The notes beneath the pieces are model-generated. The model ran no database searches. It was not told the origin of the DNA and worked only from the letters and a program-made list of their open reading frames with translations. DNA of 20,000 nt from Chiloscyllium plagiosum (taxonomy: Eukaryota), in assembly GCF_004010195.1 (NCBI RefSeq), contig NC_057718.1:88514819-88534818 (forward strand), read 5' to 3'. The translations under genes were made by a program, and so were the position numbers. Below, in pieces: positions 1 through 12,134 of this stretch. The first letter of the stretch is position 1. Each line of letters opens with the position of its first letter.

Positions 1-1092
1 CACATCTGAAGGCAAGTTACTGACCTGGTTCAGAAATTGGTTGAGCAGTAGGAGACAGAGTGGGAATAGTGAGAGGGTATGCAATTTAACAGGATAAGAC
101 TAGTGATGCCTCACAAGGTCACAATTAGGGCTCATATATTAATGACCTGGGCAATGGAATTGGAAGTTAAACATCCAAATTTGCTGATGACAGAAGATAG
201 ATTGTAAGCAGTATAGATGTAAGTTCAGAATTATAAAAGAAATGCAAATAGTTTCAGTAATGGGCAAAACTCTAATAAATGAACCTCAAAATAGGTAAAT
301 ATAAAGTCATCTACTTTGGATCTTAAAAAAGGACAGGAGTAGGTGCTTAAATCTGGAAAGAAAATGCAGAGGTCTGAGGTCTCCTGGGAATGCAGGTACT
401 TGGATCATTAAAATATCATAAACAGATAAAAATCAGAAAAGCTAATGTAACACTGGTGCTCATTTCAAGAGGACTAAATTTCCAAGGGGAGAAATCATAT
501 TTCAACGTTACAAAAGCCTGGCTAAAACATACTAGAAATGAGCAGTTCTAGGTACCACACCTTAGCCTTGGTGGAAAAAGCATTGTAGATATTTCCTAAT
601 CAACTTGTTCAGGGATGTTATTACAAACCTCTGGAATAGGTGGGACTTGAACCCAGGCCTCCTGACTCCAAAGTATGCACCAAAAAAGCCCGCAGGAAAA
701 ACAATGTAAATTGTTAATCAAAATAATACGGATAGAAATTACACAAATTAGGATTATATGATGATTGGATTGAAGTTTTAAAGATATCAAGGGCAACAGG
801 TGGAAACGATTTTGCTGATTGGGGAGTTTATGACTAGAGGGCACAGCAAACATTACAGTCAGCCTTTCAGGAGTGAAACTAGAAAATGCCACTGACATAT
901 AAAGGGTGGTAGAAGATTGGCATTCTCTCTGCAAACAGCAATTGGAAACTTAATTGTACTGATAAAGTCTATCAATTAAACTCTATTAAAGGTATTAAAA
1001 AATTATGATTCTCTAGGTATACATCATAGATCTGCCATAAACTCTCTGAATGGCAGACCAGGATTAAACAGCTAAGCGGCCTACCCTTAGCT
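1..1092 (+). mobile_element. Old, degraded CR1-type LINE, 3' part (RT C-terminus and 3' tail); runs off the window start
   Basis: Hand translation gives LTWFRNWLSSRRQ (~20-60) and SKFADD (174-191), both CR1 RT motifs. A TRGH..WHSL-like C-terminal region lies at ~830-930 and a CR1-like 3' tail at ~1025-1092. Many stops and frameshifts; interrupted by a SINE at ~595-690. Confidence 0.8.
595..690 (-). mobile_element. Short tRNA-derived SINE inserted in the CR1 remnant
   Basis: The minus strand reads ggagtcaggaggcctgGGTTCAAGTCCcacctattccagaggtttgtaataacatccctgaacaagttgattagg, with a Pol III B-box. A related, more decayed copy lies at ~2903-3010 (+). Confidence 0.7.
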
Positions 1093-1094
1093 TG

Positions 1095-2422
1095 TAAGCA
1101 GGACAAATCAAACATTGCCAATTACCACCCCATCAGTCTACGCTCAAACAGTAAGTGATGGAAGGTGTTATTTATTGTGCTTCCAAGTCACACTTGCTGA
1201 GCAGTAACCTGCTCTTTGACAATCAGTTTGGGTTCCACCTGGGTCATCTCAGTTCCTGACCGCATTACAACCTTAGCTCATAGACAAACAGAACAGACGA
1301 AAGAAGAGACAAGAAAATTCAATAAGTGAGGGGAGACTGACAGCTCTTGACATCAAGATTGTATTTGACTGAATATGGAATTAAGAAATTCTATCAAAAC
1401 CTGAAATCGATAGGAAACTGTGAAAACGGTCTATTGGTTAGAGTCATAGCTGGCAAAAAAGGATGATGATTGTGGTTTGAGGTCCGCATCTCACTTTCTA
1501 CAGGAGTGCCTTGCAGTAATGTCCCAGGCCCAACTATCTTCAGCTGTTTCATCAAGTGGTGATATCACCAATTATTTCATCATCTTCATCACCACTTGCA
1601 GTTCAGATACTGAAGTAGTCCATGGTTTAATGCAAGGCCAGGACATAATCCATAAGTGGATTCACAAGTGGCAAGTGACATTTCTGCCACACAAGTGCCA
1701 GGCATAAATCATCAGTAACGAGACAGAATCTACCCAAATCCCGCTCCCCATCCCAACAGTAACATCACTGTATCCTCTACTATCAACATTGAAGGTTACC
1801 ATTGAAAAGAAACTAAACTAGCCATAGACATACGTGGCTACAAGAGCAGGTCTGAAGTTAAGAATCCTGCAACAAGCAGCTTAACCATTAATTCCCACCA
1901 TCTATAAGACACAAGCCTGAAGTATAATGAAAACTCTCCACTTGCCTGGATGAGTGAAGCTCCAACAACTCAAGAAGCTTGACATCATTCAGACAAAGCA
2001 GCCATTTAATTAGCACCATATCCACAAACAAACATTCACTCCTCCCACCACCAAAGCACAGCATTAGCAATATGCCCCATCCACAATATGTCCTGTATAA
2101 ATTCACCAAGGCTCCTCAAGTATCCTCCAAACCTACAACGCTAGCACCTAGAATGACAAGCACAGCCAACAGACAGGAACACTACCACATGCAAGTTCCC
2201 TCCAGCACTCTCACCATCCTGATTTAAAAATATATTATTCCATCAAAAATACTAGGTCAAAACCCTGGAACTCTCTCCCTAACAGCATAATTGGTCTACC
2301 CACAAATGAACTTCAGCAAGTCAAGAAGGCATCTCATTATCACCTTCACAAAAGGTAACAAGGGACAGGCAGTAAATGCAATCCCAGACAGAGACACATA
2401 CATTCCATGAATGAATAAACAA
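1095..2422 (+). mobile_element. Degraded LINE 'family B' (CR1/L2 group), RT region through 3' end
   Basis: KQDKSNIANYHPISL..SKVMEGV (1097-1170), NQFGF (1221-1235), TALDIK (~1340-1357), KWQVTFLPHKCQA (ORF 1477..1707) and WNSLPNS (~2267-2287). It ends in cacattccatgaatgaataaacaagaa and is homologous to the minus-strand copy at 10700-13930. Confidence 0.85.
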
Positions 2423-2439
2423 GAAGTTTTAGAAAAAGG

Positions 2440-2820
2440 TCAAAGATTTGAAGGAATCTAGATGCTTCAAGGATGTGGGTCTAATTTAATGTAGAAATTA
2501 GAGAAATAAGGGTTCTTCTTTCAATCTCCCCTTGATCTTAAGAAGTGTTAAAATTCAAAGGTTTTATAGTGAAGCAAGGAAAAAATATTTAGAAATAACC
2601 ATGCACATAAATTTAAGATAATTGACAAAAAAAGAGTTAAGAGTCAACATGAAGGAAAAATATCTTAAGCTTTAAATTGTAATTGTCTGGAATTCTCTGG
2701 CTGAAAAAAGTAGTGGAAACAGATTCTTTCAAAACGAAACTGACTAAATAATCGAAGGGGATAATTACTTAGGATTAGGGAAACAGCAAGGGATTGAGAC
2801 TAAATTGGATAATTGGACAG
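2440..2820 (+). mobile_element. Old CR1 3' fragment
   Basis: Decayed HKFKII..MKEK..VIVWNSLAEK..VETDSFK.KL pattern typical of the CR1 ORF2 C-terminus (~2605-2750), followed by a 3' UTR-like stretch. Confidence 0.6.
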
Positions 2821-2902
2821 GATCAGTACTTTGTCCAGGTTTATAACGTTCACTTCCAGGTCCTTTGCATTATGTCTGGGTGTACACTCAAGAGCTGTAG
2901 GA

Positions 2903-3010
2903 TTGTGGAGCAGTGTTACTGTCCTCACTGCTTGGCCAGAAGGTCTGGCTTCAAGTGCCATCTAGCCTGGATAGACATCACAGCATATCTAACACTATGC
3001 TTAAAACAAC
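2903..3010 (+). mobile_element. Decayed tRNA-derived SINE (probably related to 595-690)
   Basis: A-box-like tggagcagtg, then ccagaaggtctggcttcaagtgccatct, which aligns with tcaggaggcctgggttcaagtcccacct in the 595-690 copy. Confidence 0.5.
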
Positions 3011-3139
3011 TACACCCAAGGTCTTTACTGTGCCCACTGTGCTGATGGTTCTCCAGATACTTGAATTGAGAAATTCTGATTGATGTTGAGGTTAACACTT
3101 ATAGTTTTTACATAGTAAAACAATTTGTGTTGACCTGAC

Positions 3140-3478
3140 TTTAATGCACAAGTCTTTCACATTGGGACCTGGGTTCAAATCCAACTCCAGAATGGGTGAA
3201 TAAAAGTGTGCAGGCTGATGGTTCAATATGAAATGAAACTGTCAAATCTCAATGCAGCTCCTGGCAGGCAAGTGCCTTCACTGAAACAGAACATAGACAC
3301 TGAAATTATCATCCATTGTCTGCACGTGATACAAGGGCTGAAGCTGCAGGATGTTGATAGGTCACAGTAGAGGAACTGTTCCTAATCTGTGATTGCTTGC
3401 TGCTGACACTAAATTATTGCTATCTAAAGAATTACCTTTTGCCAAAGTAATCTACCACATTTCACTGAGCACAAGTAA
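3140..3478 (+). mobile_element. tRNA-derived SINE resembling LF-SINE
   Basis: B-box GGTTCAAATCC at 3172-3182, preceded by agtctttcac. An internal block atatgaaatgaaactgtcaaatctcaatgcagctcctggcaggcaagtg and a 3' block aatctaccacatttcactgagcac (3449-3472) are collinear with the LF-SINE consensus as I recall it. Confidence 0.6.
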
Positions 3479-4319
3479 TATCTTCAATTGTTTTACACTG
3501 AGAAGTGGACATCAAACAAGAGGGAATTGAAAAATAGCATAAAGTTAAAAGAATGGTTGAATAAAGGTTTTTAGCAAAGTCTTGGAAGGCAGGAAACAAA
3601 GTAAAATTCAGTATTTTTGAGAGACATATTCACATTACTGCAGAGGCTACAGATTGGGTATTCCCATCAAGAACAGCTAACCCAGAGTCAGATTGAGGTT
3701 GTGCAGAGATTTGTGGAGATAAAGGAAACTTTTGTTTATTCGCTCATGGGACATATACATCACAGGATGTTGCAAACATGCCAGTAACATCTGAGTGCCT
3801 GATAAAATTCTGGAGGAATCTAAATTTTTCTGGGCTCAACCCAAACCAGGTGTATGCCATACTTTACTAGCTTCCGTCCATATCCTGTAACAGCTGGTAA
3901 CAGCCTCCTTGGTTACCTATCTAGTTATTAGTATTTGATTTTAGTGTACCATTTGGCTCTATGCTTCAATTTTGATCCTGTGTCCAGTCACCTAGAATGC
4001 CTCCACTTCAGGATCTTTGCTTGCTTAATCATCCCATCTCTTCTCATTTGTTGAAACTACAATCCACATCTCCTTTTTGAGAGTTTTAAAATCTTTTTCA
4101 TGCCCTCCTTATATTCCCTCTTCACAGCCTTCATGCCATCCAGAACTTTAGAGTTTTTCCCACCTCCAAAAACTTGAATTGTTTCAGGGCAGACAGAAAA
4201 ACAAAAATCAGAAAATTAACAGCATCTTCCTTTAAAATCTGTTTTGCAAATAGAACCAAAGCATCTCAGCAAGTACTGGCTTTGCTTCCTTCCACAAAGC
4301 ATCTATCCTCAACACTACC

Positions 4320-4720
4320 CACCCCCAACATCCTTGACAATATTATCAGCATCATGAGCTACCATATGTATACTGAAGTTACAGAGCTCTGTCCTCCCTT
4401 TCCACTCTCCTAACTCAGGGTTCTCAAATTATCAATTCTTGGATGAGCTCTAATTTTCTCCAAATGTTACTATCACTACTCACTTGCCACTGTCTACTTC
4501 TCTCAACAATCTTCCAAGCTGAACCAGATTATTTTCAATTTTAATGCTACTTTTGACCGAAGCAGTGGTTTGAATCTTTACATCTGATCATGAACAGCTC
4601 ACCTTCCACCATCGCAACAATATTTGCCCAGCCTTATGCTTCATCACTTGCTCCACCATTAAGATGCTTACACATGCTTTTGTTACATCCAGTCTCATAT
4701 AGACCAATTCAATTGAATAT
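4320..4720 (+). mobile_element. Very old L2-type LINE RT remnant
   Basis: ORF 4174..4413 contains DNIISIMSYHMYTEVTELC, a decayed form of the L2 motif GDII..HG.S(F/Y)HMYADDTQLY. Downstream sequence is compatible but heavily eroded. Confidence 0.5.
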
Positions 4721-4868
4721 TTCAAAACTGAAGACAAGAGTTATGTCAGGCAAGGAGGATACAAAACCAAGCAAGTTAGTTGGAGTGAAGATACAGGCAA
4801 CACATGATCGAACAAAAAAGCAAGTGCAGGCCCGAGGGCTGGATGTTCTACTCTGATGCTATGTTCTT
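4720..4868 (+). mobile_element. Short CR1 3' tail fragment
   Basis: ttcaaaactgaagacaagag (FKTE.D) followed by a tail ...catgatcgaac...gcaggcccgagggctggatgttctactctgatgctatgttctt, similar to the other CR1 3' ends in the window. Confidence 0.55.
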
Positions 4869-5199
4869 AATTATTGACTCAACCACCAATGGATCCTCCT
4901 ACCCCAAATCCAGACTTATTCAAAACTTGAGGAATTCCTTTAATCATATTTAAAACAAATATTCCGAATTTATCTTGAAATAAGATCAGAAAATGCCAGA
5001 ATCATTACATAATTTCATCTACATACAAACAGCTATCAAGTATTGATCCTGATTATAACCACAAAATTATTACATTGCTAAGTATTAGTTAGCATGGAGA
5101 CTGGGCAGAATTTTGCAGAATGAGGTTCACACATTTTAAGATGTATCACAATAATTGGTATCATGTTTTGTCTTGTCTTTCTTCCCAATCCATAAATTA

Positions 5200-6200
5200 C
5201 AACACAACAGCCATTCAGCTCTTGCCATCAATGCTCGCCCTTCAATTTCTACCATCTAAGCCAATTCAAATGTTTGGATCTTTACCATGACAGCAACTGT
5301 CACAACGGTGGCTTGCAATAAAGCATTCCATGCTTCAGCAGTGATCTGTGTGGCAAAGGATTTTCCTCTGTACTTTAGTAGCAATTATCAGTGTATGGCA
5401 AAACAAGAGCTCAATCAGTGCAAACGAGCATCTCAGCCTTATTGTACATCCATTTTCCATTCACCCAATCCAACCCCACCCATATTACTCTTTTCTCTTT
5501 CAAAAGAACCTAATTTTTCAAGCCTTACACCAGTACAGTAATCCCTCATTCCCAGTGTCATTGTAGTGAAACTTCGTTGTATTCTCTTATGGTTAAATTA
5601 TGTTTCTCTTTTTAGGTGTCCAGAACTGCACATGAAACTTTAACCAACCCAGTATAAATGCAACATCATTTCCTTTCTTCTATATATTAAAAATAAATAT
5701 TTCAGCATTCACTCTCTACATTTGAAAACATTTGTATTTACACCTTAACTTCTCCATTTGTTATTTCGATTAATAATTTGACTTTATTATACCCCCATCC
5801 CATCAAAATACTTAACCTCCCACTTCTCACTGCCGAATACTGCCCAGGCTGATAATTTATGTTCACCCACCATTCCTCCAAAGTTTGCTAGGTTTTCACT
5901 TTTTTGACCAAGTCACTTATATAAACAGAATTTAATAGGGACCAGTACAGATCTTTATGTTGCAGCACCACCTACATTTCACCAATCCAAAAAGCATATT
6001 CAGGTCACCTTCCTGCTTTCTGTCCTTAGTGATCCTCTATCCAGATAGATGATTTCCTTTAATGTCTTACACGTTAATTCTCTCATGTGGTTCTTGAAAT
6101 AATAGCTGAAAATCCATTCATACACTTATAGCAGGTTTCTGTTATTTATTAAAAGCATTCTCAAAAAAATCAAATGTAACTAGTCAAGCCCTTATAAATG
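5200..6200 (-). mobile_element. Very old CR1 RT and 3' remnant
   Basis: The minus strand shows a decayed SVLVPIKFCLYK*L (from GSVLGP.LF..YINDL) at ~5908-5952, CAVLDT/VQFW-like sequence at ~5615-5635 and WNAL at ~5320-5332. Confidence 0.55.
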
Positions 6201-6729
6201 TACAGTGAAGGGTCTGGTTAGCGCATGCATTTCTACATGTTCAGTAATCTTGAATTATGGAGGCTCACGAATTGTAAGATCCAAGTAGAAAGCTAACAAA
6301 AATAAATCTATTAAATTCAACACCTGTAGAGATTTTAATGATGCTTCCAGGTTTTAAGTTTTCAAATTGCGTTCCCATTTTTATTTTTAGAAATTCAAAA
6401 TCAAATCATTTTTTTCCCAACTCCCTATGAATGTGGTGTCAGGCCATGCCCTTTCTTAGCATCTGTCAAAATCCAGCACACTGCAAGTTTAGGATATAAT
6501 TAAGTGATAATTTGTGATAAATAACAAATCAGCCACTTGGGGGCAATGAAGCTCAGATTACAGTTGTGATTTGGCATGACAACATTTTTTTTGGTGGCTT
6601 AATATCAGGATATATATCACAAAAGTCTTTAAGACTTAAGAGACCCATACGGGCAATAGTTTACAGACCTGGAGTCATAAATTACAGTGCACAGTCACTT
6701 CTAGCAAAAGAAAGACTGACAGGCCAGAG

Positions 6730-7030
6730 CTCTCAAAGAACTTCATGGATATGAAGTTCTGAAGGTTAGTCACTGTTGTAATGTAGAAACACAGCAGCTA
6801 ATGTAGACACACAGATAATGTCATAACAAGCAGATAATCTGTCCTTTGTGACGTTGATTGTGGGATAAATATTGGTCAAGGCATTGAGGATAATTCTCCT
6901 GCTTTCTCCAAAATGGTGCCAATGTAACCTTTTACTTCCTTAAAGGTTCAGGATGGGGGCTCATTCTTGTGCCCAATCCAAGACTGCACTCCAATCGTGT
7001 TAAACGCTGCTCCTTCAGTATTACAATAAA
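6730..7030 (-). mobile_element. Deu-domain SINE (SacSINE1/AmnSINE1-like)
   Basis: The reverse complement contains ccaatatttatcccacaatcaacgtcacaaaggacagattatctg and acattacaacagtgactaaccttc, characteristic of the Deu domain and 3' region. It matches the + copy at 15520-15945. Confidence 0.75.
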
Positions 7031-7404
7031 GCCTGGCACAGTATCAAAAACACTACTCATACAATACTCACAACAGAATCCTTTTATTTGACACCTTCGT
7101 AGATTTAAGTTACTTATGACTTACTTCTATACTGAAACTGCAGATAGCTTCAGAAAAAAACCTATAACACACCAGGTTAAATAAATTCAGTTTTAAATAA
7201 TCCAGTGTTTAATCCTAACACTAAACAAAAAAAAACAGCTAATGGGTTCAAAAATCAAAGTCCAAATTCAGCTATTTACCCCCAAAAAGACAAAAGCATC
7301 ATTTTTAACATCCACATCTATTTTGGCTGTGCAAACTGCAGTCATGTCAGATAAGATTTTCTCTACATTTCCTTTGTTATGCACGATATAACAAACTCAT
7401 AAGT

Positions 7405-8478
7405 TTGTCGATCAAAACATTTTTAGGGATCTCAGTGCAAAAACCGTATTTTTTGTTTGTTATTTTGATTATGGACCAAAATGGCAAAAGGACAGTTTTA
7501 AAAAACCGAGAATTGCAGAAAGGATTACTACACATGAGCTGGAGTCAGAGACTGTACAAAATGAGATTCAGCCTGCAACATGTAGCTGATTGATAACTAG
7601 TCGCCACCTCACAGAACAATGATAAAGGCCTTTGGCCTGCTATCACCCAGCTCCCAGGTAGCTTGTGAGGGTGAACATTTAGTTAGAAGTTATCTGATCT
7701 CTGAAAAAGGAAGAAGCGGTCTCTTTTCTCTGTGATAAAAATCACCTCAAGCCTGAAGAAAGGCAGCATATTTTTACTCATTCGTTGCTGTAAACTGTGA
7801 CTTTTAACCAAGAAGTTGGACTTTACAAATGTGAACCAGTCACCTCATGCCTCTTGCAAGCAAAAGTACTTGAAGATGATCGATTAAGGGACAGAAAGTT
7901 CTAACAAGTCAAAAGGACCTCAGCAAACCCTCTGGGTATGGACCATTGAACCACCTTCCCAGTCTTTCCCTCTGCTCACAGAATCCGTTTTATTTTTGTG
8001 CCTGCTTGTATAGTTGTGTGCAGGTTTTAGAAGGGTGCAAGCATTTTAATTGGAGAAGTCATATGTCAATAGTTCATAATTGTTTATTTGTTTGTAATGC
8101 AGTCGGTTCTGCTATAATACATGCTTCTTCAATTTGAATTGGCTATAAACGCGATTGAAGAATTTAGATCATTATTTATAGAATGCAAACTTTCCTTCCT
8201 TGGTTATAACACAATTCTGGTCCCATTAGTTTAAATGGTGCTGCTATTACACGATTTTCTTATAACGCAGGATAGCATTGGAACGGAACTATGTTATATC
8301 AAAACAGACTGTAGATAGCAATTCTTGCTAAGTACAGAAACTAGGTCTGTGCTTTGTCAACCTTGGTCAAAAACATGTGAAAACTAGAGCTTTAGCACAG
8401 TTCTACAAAATGTTCAACTTTTACAGAAGTTAAAAGGGTTTGATTTCCAGCATGCTATCCCAGTGAGGTGAAATATTT
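7405..8478. repeat. Possible old LTR-like interspersed repeat, interrupted by a MITE
   Basis: Begins tgtcgat, is non-coding, and ends ttgatttccagcatgctatcccagtgaggtgaaata, which resembles shark LTR-like ends as I recall them. No clean CA terminus or TSD is visible. Confidence 0.25.
8100..8311. mobile_element. MITE / non-autonomous Tc1-mariner (Tigger/pogo-like) DNA transposon, 212 bp
   Basis: Imperfect 20-bp TIRs: CAGTCGGTTCTGCTATAATA (8100-8119) versus the right-end reverse complement CAGTCTGTTTTGATATAACA (8292-8311). TA flanks the right end (8312-8313) and TG the left (probably a mutated TA TSD). Confidence 0.75.
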
Positions 8479-8664
8479 GGTTAAAATCTCTCCCACTACC
8501 CCAAATCTTGTGTATTTGACAGTCTCAAAATTCATTTAATTGGTCACACAAACTTCTATCCATGTCACTCACTTTGAAAATCTCAGCTTCTTGCTACTGT
8601 TCCAGATGCTGGCAACAAATTAGCAAATTGGTGTTAATTACAATTGTAACTTGAAACTGTCAGA

Positions 8665-9120
8665 AATAAGTCATTCAACTCTATGAGCACGATCCACAAC
8701 TATTAGATAGTGTTGGATTTATACCTCAGGTCTACTTACCCTCCTTTGATCCATTTTTCTCAAAACCTTTACATAGTAAAATCTATCAAGCTTGCAATTG
8801 AAAATATAAACAGATATAGTATTCATAACCTTTTCAAGGTGAGTGATTTAGACCCCTACCATCCCTAGTCTCAAAATATGCTTTCTTGTTTCACACTTTG
8901 AACAACCTATTTCAAAACCCAAGATTGCATCCCATGCATGCAGTCTTCCCCACAGAAAATATCCCTAACCTATGTTCTCATTGTATCAGGTTGACTACTC
9001 CAATATTCCTCATGACACCGCCAAGCCTCTTTCGTTTCTTTCCGTCCTGCTTGAAGCAAATGATCCATGGAATAGAATGGACACAAAGCCTACCAGAGAT
9101 TTACTCAAATGGCCATTCTT
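8665..9120 (-). mobile_element. Very old CR1 3' fragment
   Basis: Layout parallels other CR1 3' ends on the minus strand (aaaatctatcaagcttgcaattgaa gives FNCKLDRF). Strongly decayed. Confidence 0.45.
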
Positions 9121-9339
9121 CACACATGATCCTAGACAACCGCACACTGCCGACTCCAAATAGCATTTCTATATTGAATTGAGAATATAGCTCCAGCTGG
9201 AGTAGTCACAGCCAGTGTGCTTATCCAATTCTCTGATAGGTATGAATTTAGTGTGTCTGAGGTGAACAAGGATATAGGCTGCAGAGACTATTAGAAAATT
9301 GAACAAAGCACCATTCAATGCTTTGTGCATGCGCATGGG

Positions 9340-10560
9340 GGAAGGAAGAGGAGAAGGGAAATGAATAGATAGGGTCCTCTGCAGCATAGAGTGTGTGCAA
9401 AAGCTGTGTTTCCTACCTGATGCCAAGGTTCACAATGTCTCCGGGCTGGAGAGGAACATGGGGCGGGAAGGGGAAGGATCCAGTTGCCATAATCCATGCA
9501 GATACCAACAACAACATAGGTAAGAATAGGAAAGAGATTCTGCTGAGGGTTTACCAGCAGCGTAATCTAATTTAGAAAGCAGGACTACAAGTAATAAACT
9601 CAGGATTCATATTTGAGTCACATGCAAATGGTGTCAGGTAAGAAAGATTTCAAGAAAAAAATATGAAATAGTTCAATATGACTAGACAGCTATTAGAGAC
9701 ATGGCTACAGGGTCACCAGGGCAAGGATCTCATTATTAAAGGGTTTTCAAGGTTGCAATGGGTAGGCAAAATAAAGTGGGGTAGCAATGTTATTAAACAA
9801 AGATATCAGTGCGGTGGTTAGTTGTGGTATAGGTGCAACAGTTTGTGGTGCAAAATAAGTTTGAGTCCAAGTAAGGTTTAGCAAAAGTAGTCAGTCACAG
9901 GTGGGATGCGTCTTCAAGTTCCTAAGGAGTTGCCCCACTGTAGGATAAAATACAAATCACAAAATAATGGAAACATGTAGGAAAGTCACTAATTTTTATT
10001 GAAAATTTTTATCCACGCAAATTATATGGGAAAGAGCGACACGGAAGGAGAGTTGACATAATGCATCAGGGATTGTTTGTTATAGCAGTAAAATGCACAA
10101 CTTACATAGAAACTGAATACTCAGATGTGTAATGAGGTAGGATTAATAAACTGGTGGGAGCAATCACAACTTCATAAAATTTCAATCTTAGTTTGATGGA
10201 GAGCAACTCTGGTCTCAAACCAGAGTTTCAACTGAAACAAGGGCAATTATGAAGATATGCGAAAAAGGACAATCTAAAGCAAACTAGAAAACTAAACGAG
10301 AAGATCATTAGATGAACAGATATTTATTCAGATATTTTATAATAGCAAAAATTTATTCTGGTCAAGAAGAAGAATTCAATGAAAAGAATTAACCACCTAC
10401 AATTAACAAAGCAGTCCAATCAAAATCCAAGACATACAAAATAGTAAAAACTAGCAGTAGGACAGAGAATTGAATATTTCATTAAGAAACCAGCAGCAAT
10501 GAATAAAAAAACGAATAGAAAATTGGTTAGGAAAGTAAATTGGCAAGATATATAAAAAAC
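9340..10560 (+). mobile_element. Old CR1 LINE, ORF1 esterase to APE endonuclease region, internally deleted
   Basis: CFLPDAKVHNVS..GKDPVAIIHADTNNNIGKNRKEILLR (9406-9550) is ORF1 SGNH-esterase-like and parallels CCFPGARIKDVS..IVHIGTND at ~19440-19550 (-). Also ETWLQGHQGKDLIIKGF..GVAMLLNKDISAVV (9696-9820, endonuclease) and ESKLARYIK (~10530-10558). Confidence 0.75.
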
Positions 10561-12134
10561 TTTGAATGCAAGTTTTAAGATGAACTTCTGTACCTAACTA
10601 CTTAATGTCAATAGCGAAGAAATAAAACACCTTTGGGTATTTAACGCCAAATTCAAATACCAATACATCAGTAGAATTCTTTTCAGAAGACTTCTTTTAA
10701 AAAAAAAGTTCAATCATAGGATTAATGGTGCCACTGGCCAGGCCGTCTGTAATAGCCACAGAGAAGTTGGTGGTGATTTACCACTAGAGTCCTTCATTTG
10801 CGGGTACACCCACCGTGCTGTTAGGTAGGGAGTTCCAGGAATTTTACCAAGCTGACAGTGAAGGAACAGTGTTACTATTCCATGTCAGGATAATGTACGA
10901 CCTGGATGGAAATATGCAGGTGATGTTCACATGCATCTGTTCTTCTAGATGATACAGGTTTCAAGTTTGGAAGGGAGTGCAGTGCATCAGTAGTGAAGGA
11001 AGCAAATGTTAAAAGGTGGTGGATGGGGTGCCAATCAGGCAGGCTGCTCTGTCCAATGAATACTCCATCATGCTCCTAACCAATGTTTGCTCTAAGCTGC
11101 ACAGAGCCATTTTGATGTTTCATGGACAATGATCAGTGTCAGCATCCAAATGCAACATCGACTTCTAGTTCCAGAGGTCACTGCTATGCACAGGTCTTGG
11201 AGGCCCATGCAGCCAGTAAGACAATTAGAAGAATGCTGCTCCTGACTTGTGCCTCGCAGGTGGACAGGCATTGAAGAGACATGAAGTGAGTTACACATTG
11301 TAGATGTTCAAGGCTCTGACCAGCTCTTGCAGCAATAGTATTTCTAAGACTCCAGTTCAGTTTTTAGTCAATAGTAAGCACCAGAATGCTAATAGTGTGC
11401 AATTTAGCAATGGTAATACCACTAAATGTCAAGGGCAATAGTCACATTCTCTTGTTGGGTGATGGTTATTCGTACTATACAAGTGCCAGACAATGTTACT
11501 CACCATTTAGAATCAGAGGCGTACAGCACAGAAACAGACCCATCAGTCCAACTCATCCATGCCGACCAGATATCCTAACCTAATCTAGTCCCATTTGCCA
11601 ACACTTGGCCCATATCCCTCACAACCCTTCTTAAATCATGTACCCATCCAGATGCCTTTTAAATACTGCAATTGTACCAGCCTCCACCATTTCCTTTGGC
11701 AGCTCATTCCATACACAGACCACTCTCTGCATTAAAAAGTTGCCCCTTAAGTTGCCTCTTAAATTTTCCCCATGTGCCCTCTAGTTATGGACTCCCCCAA
11801 CCCTGGGAGACGACCTTGTCTATTTACCCTAGGGCCCTCATGATTTTATAAACCTCTAAGGTCACCCCTCAGCCTCCGATGCTCCAAGGAAAACAACTCG
11901 AGCATATTCAGCCTCTCCCTGTAGTACAAATTCTCCAAGCCTGGCAACATCCTTGTAAATTTTTTCTGAACACTTTCAAGTTTTACAACATCCTTCCGAA
12001 AGGAAGGAAACCAGAATAGGGAAAAGCAACCCTCTACCATCACCGTCTTCTACCTTCAAGCCTATTCTGTATCTAAATGGCTAGTTCTCCCTGAATTCCA
12101 TGAGATCTAACCTTGCTATGTAGTCTACCATGAG

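Noticed and set aside
595..690. tRNA gene
   Set aside because: It has a B-box and T-arm-like segment but no complete cloverleaf, and it continues into a SINE body.
10585..10700. Possible short minus-strand exon (KSSEKNSTDVLVFEFGVKYPK)
   Set aside because: Weak splice signals, a pyrimidine tract abutting a LINE end, and no recognisable homology.
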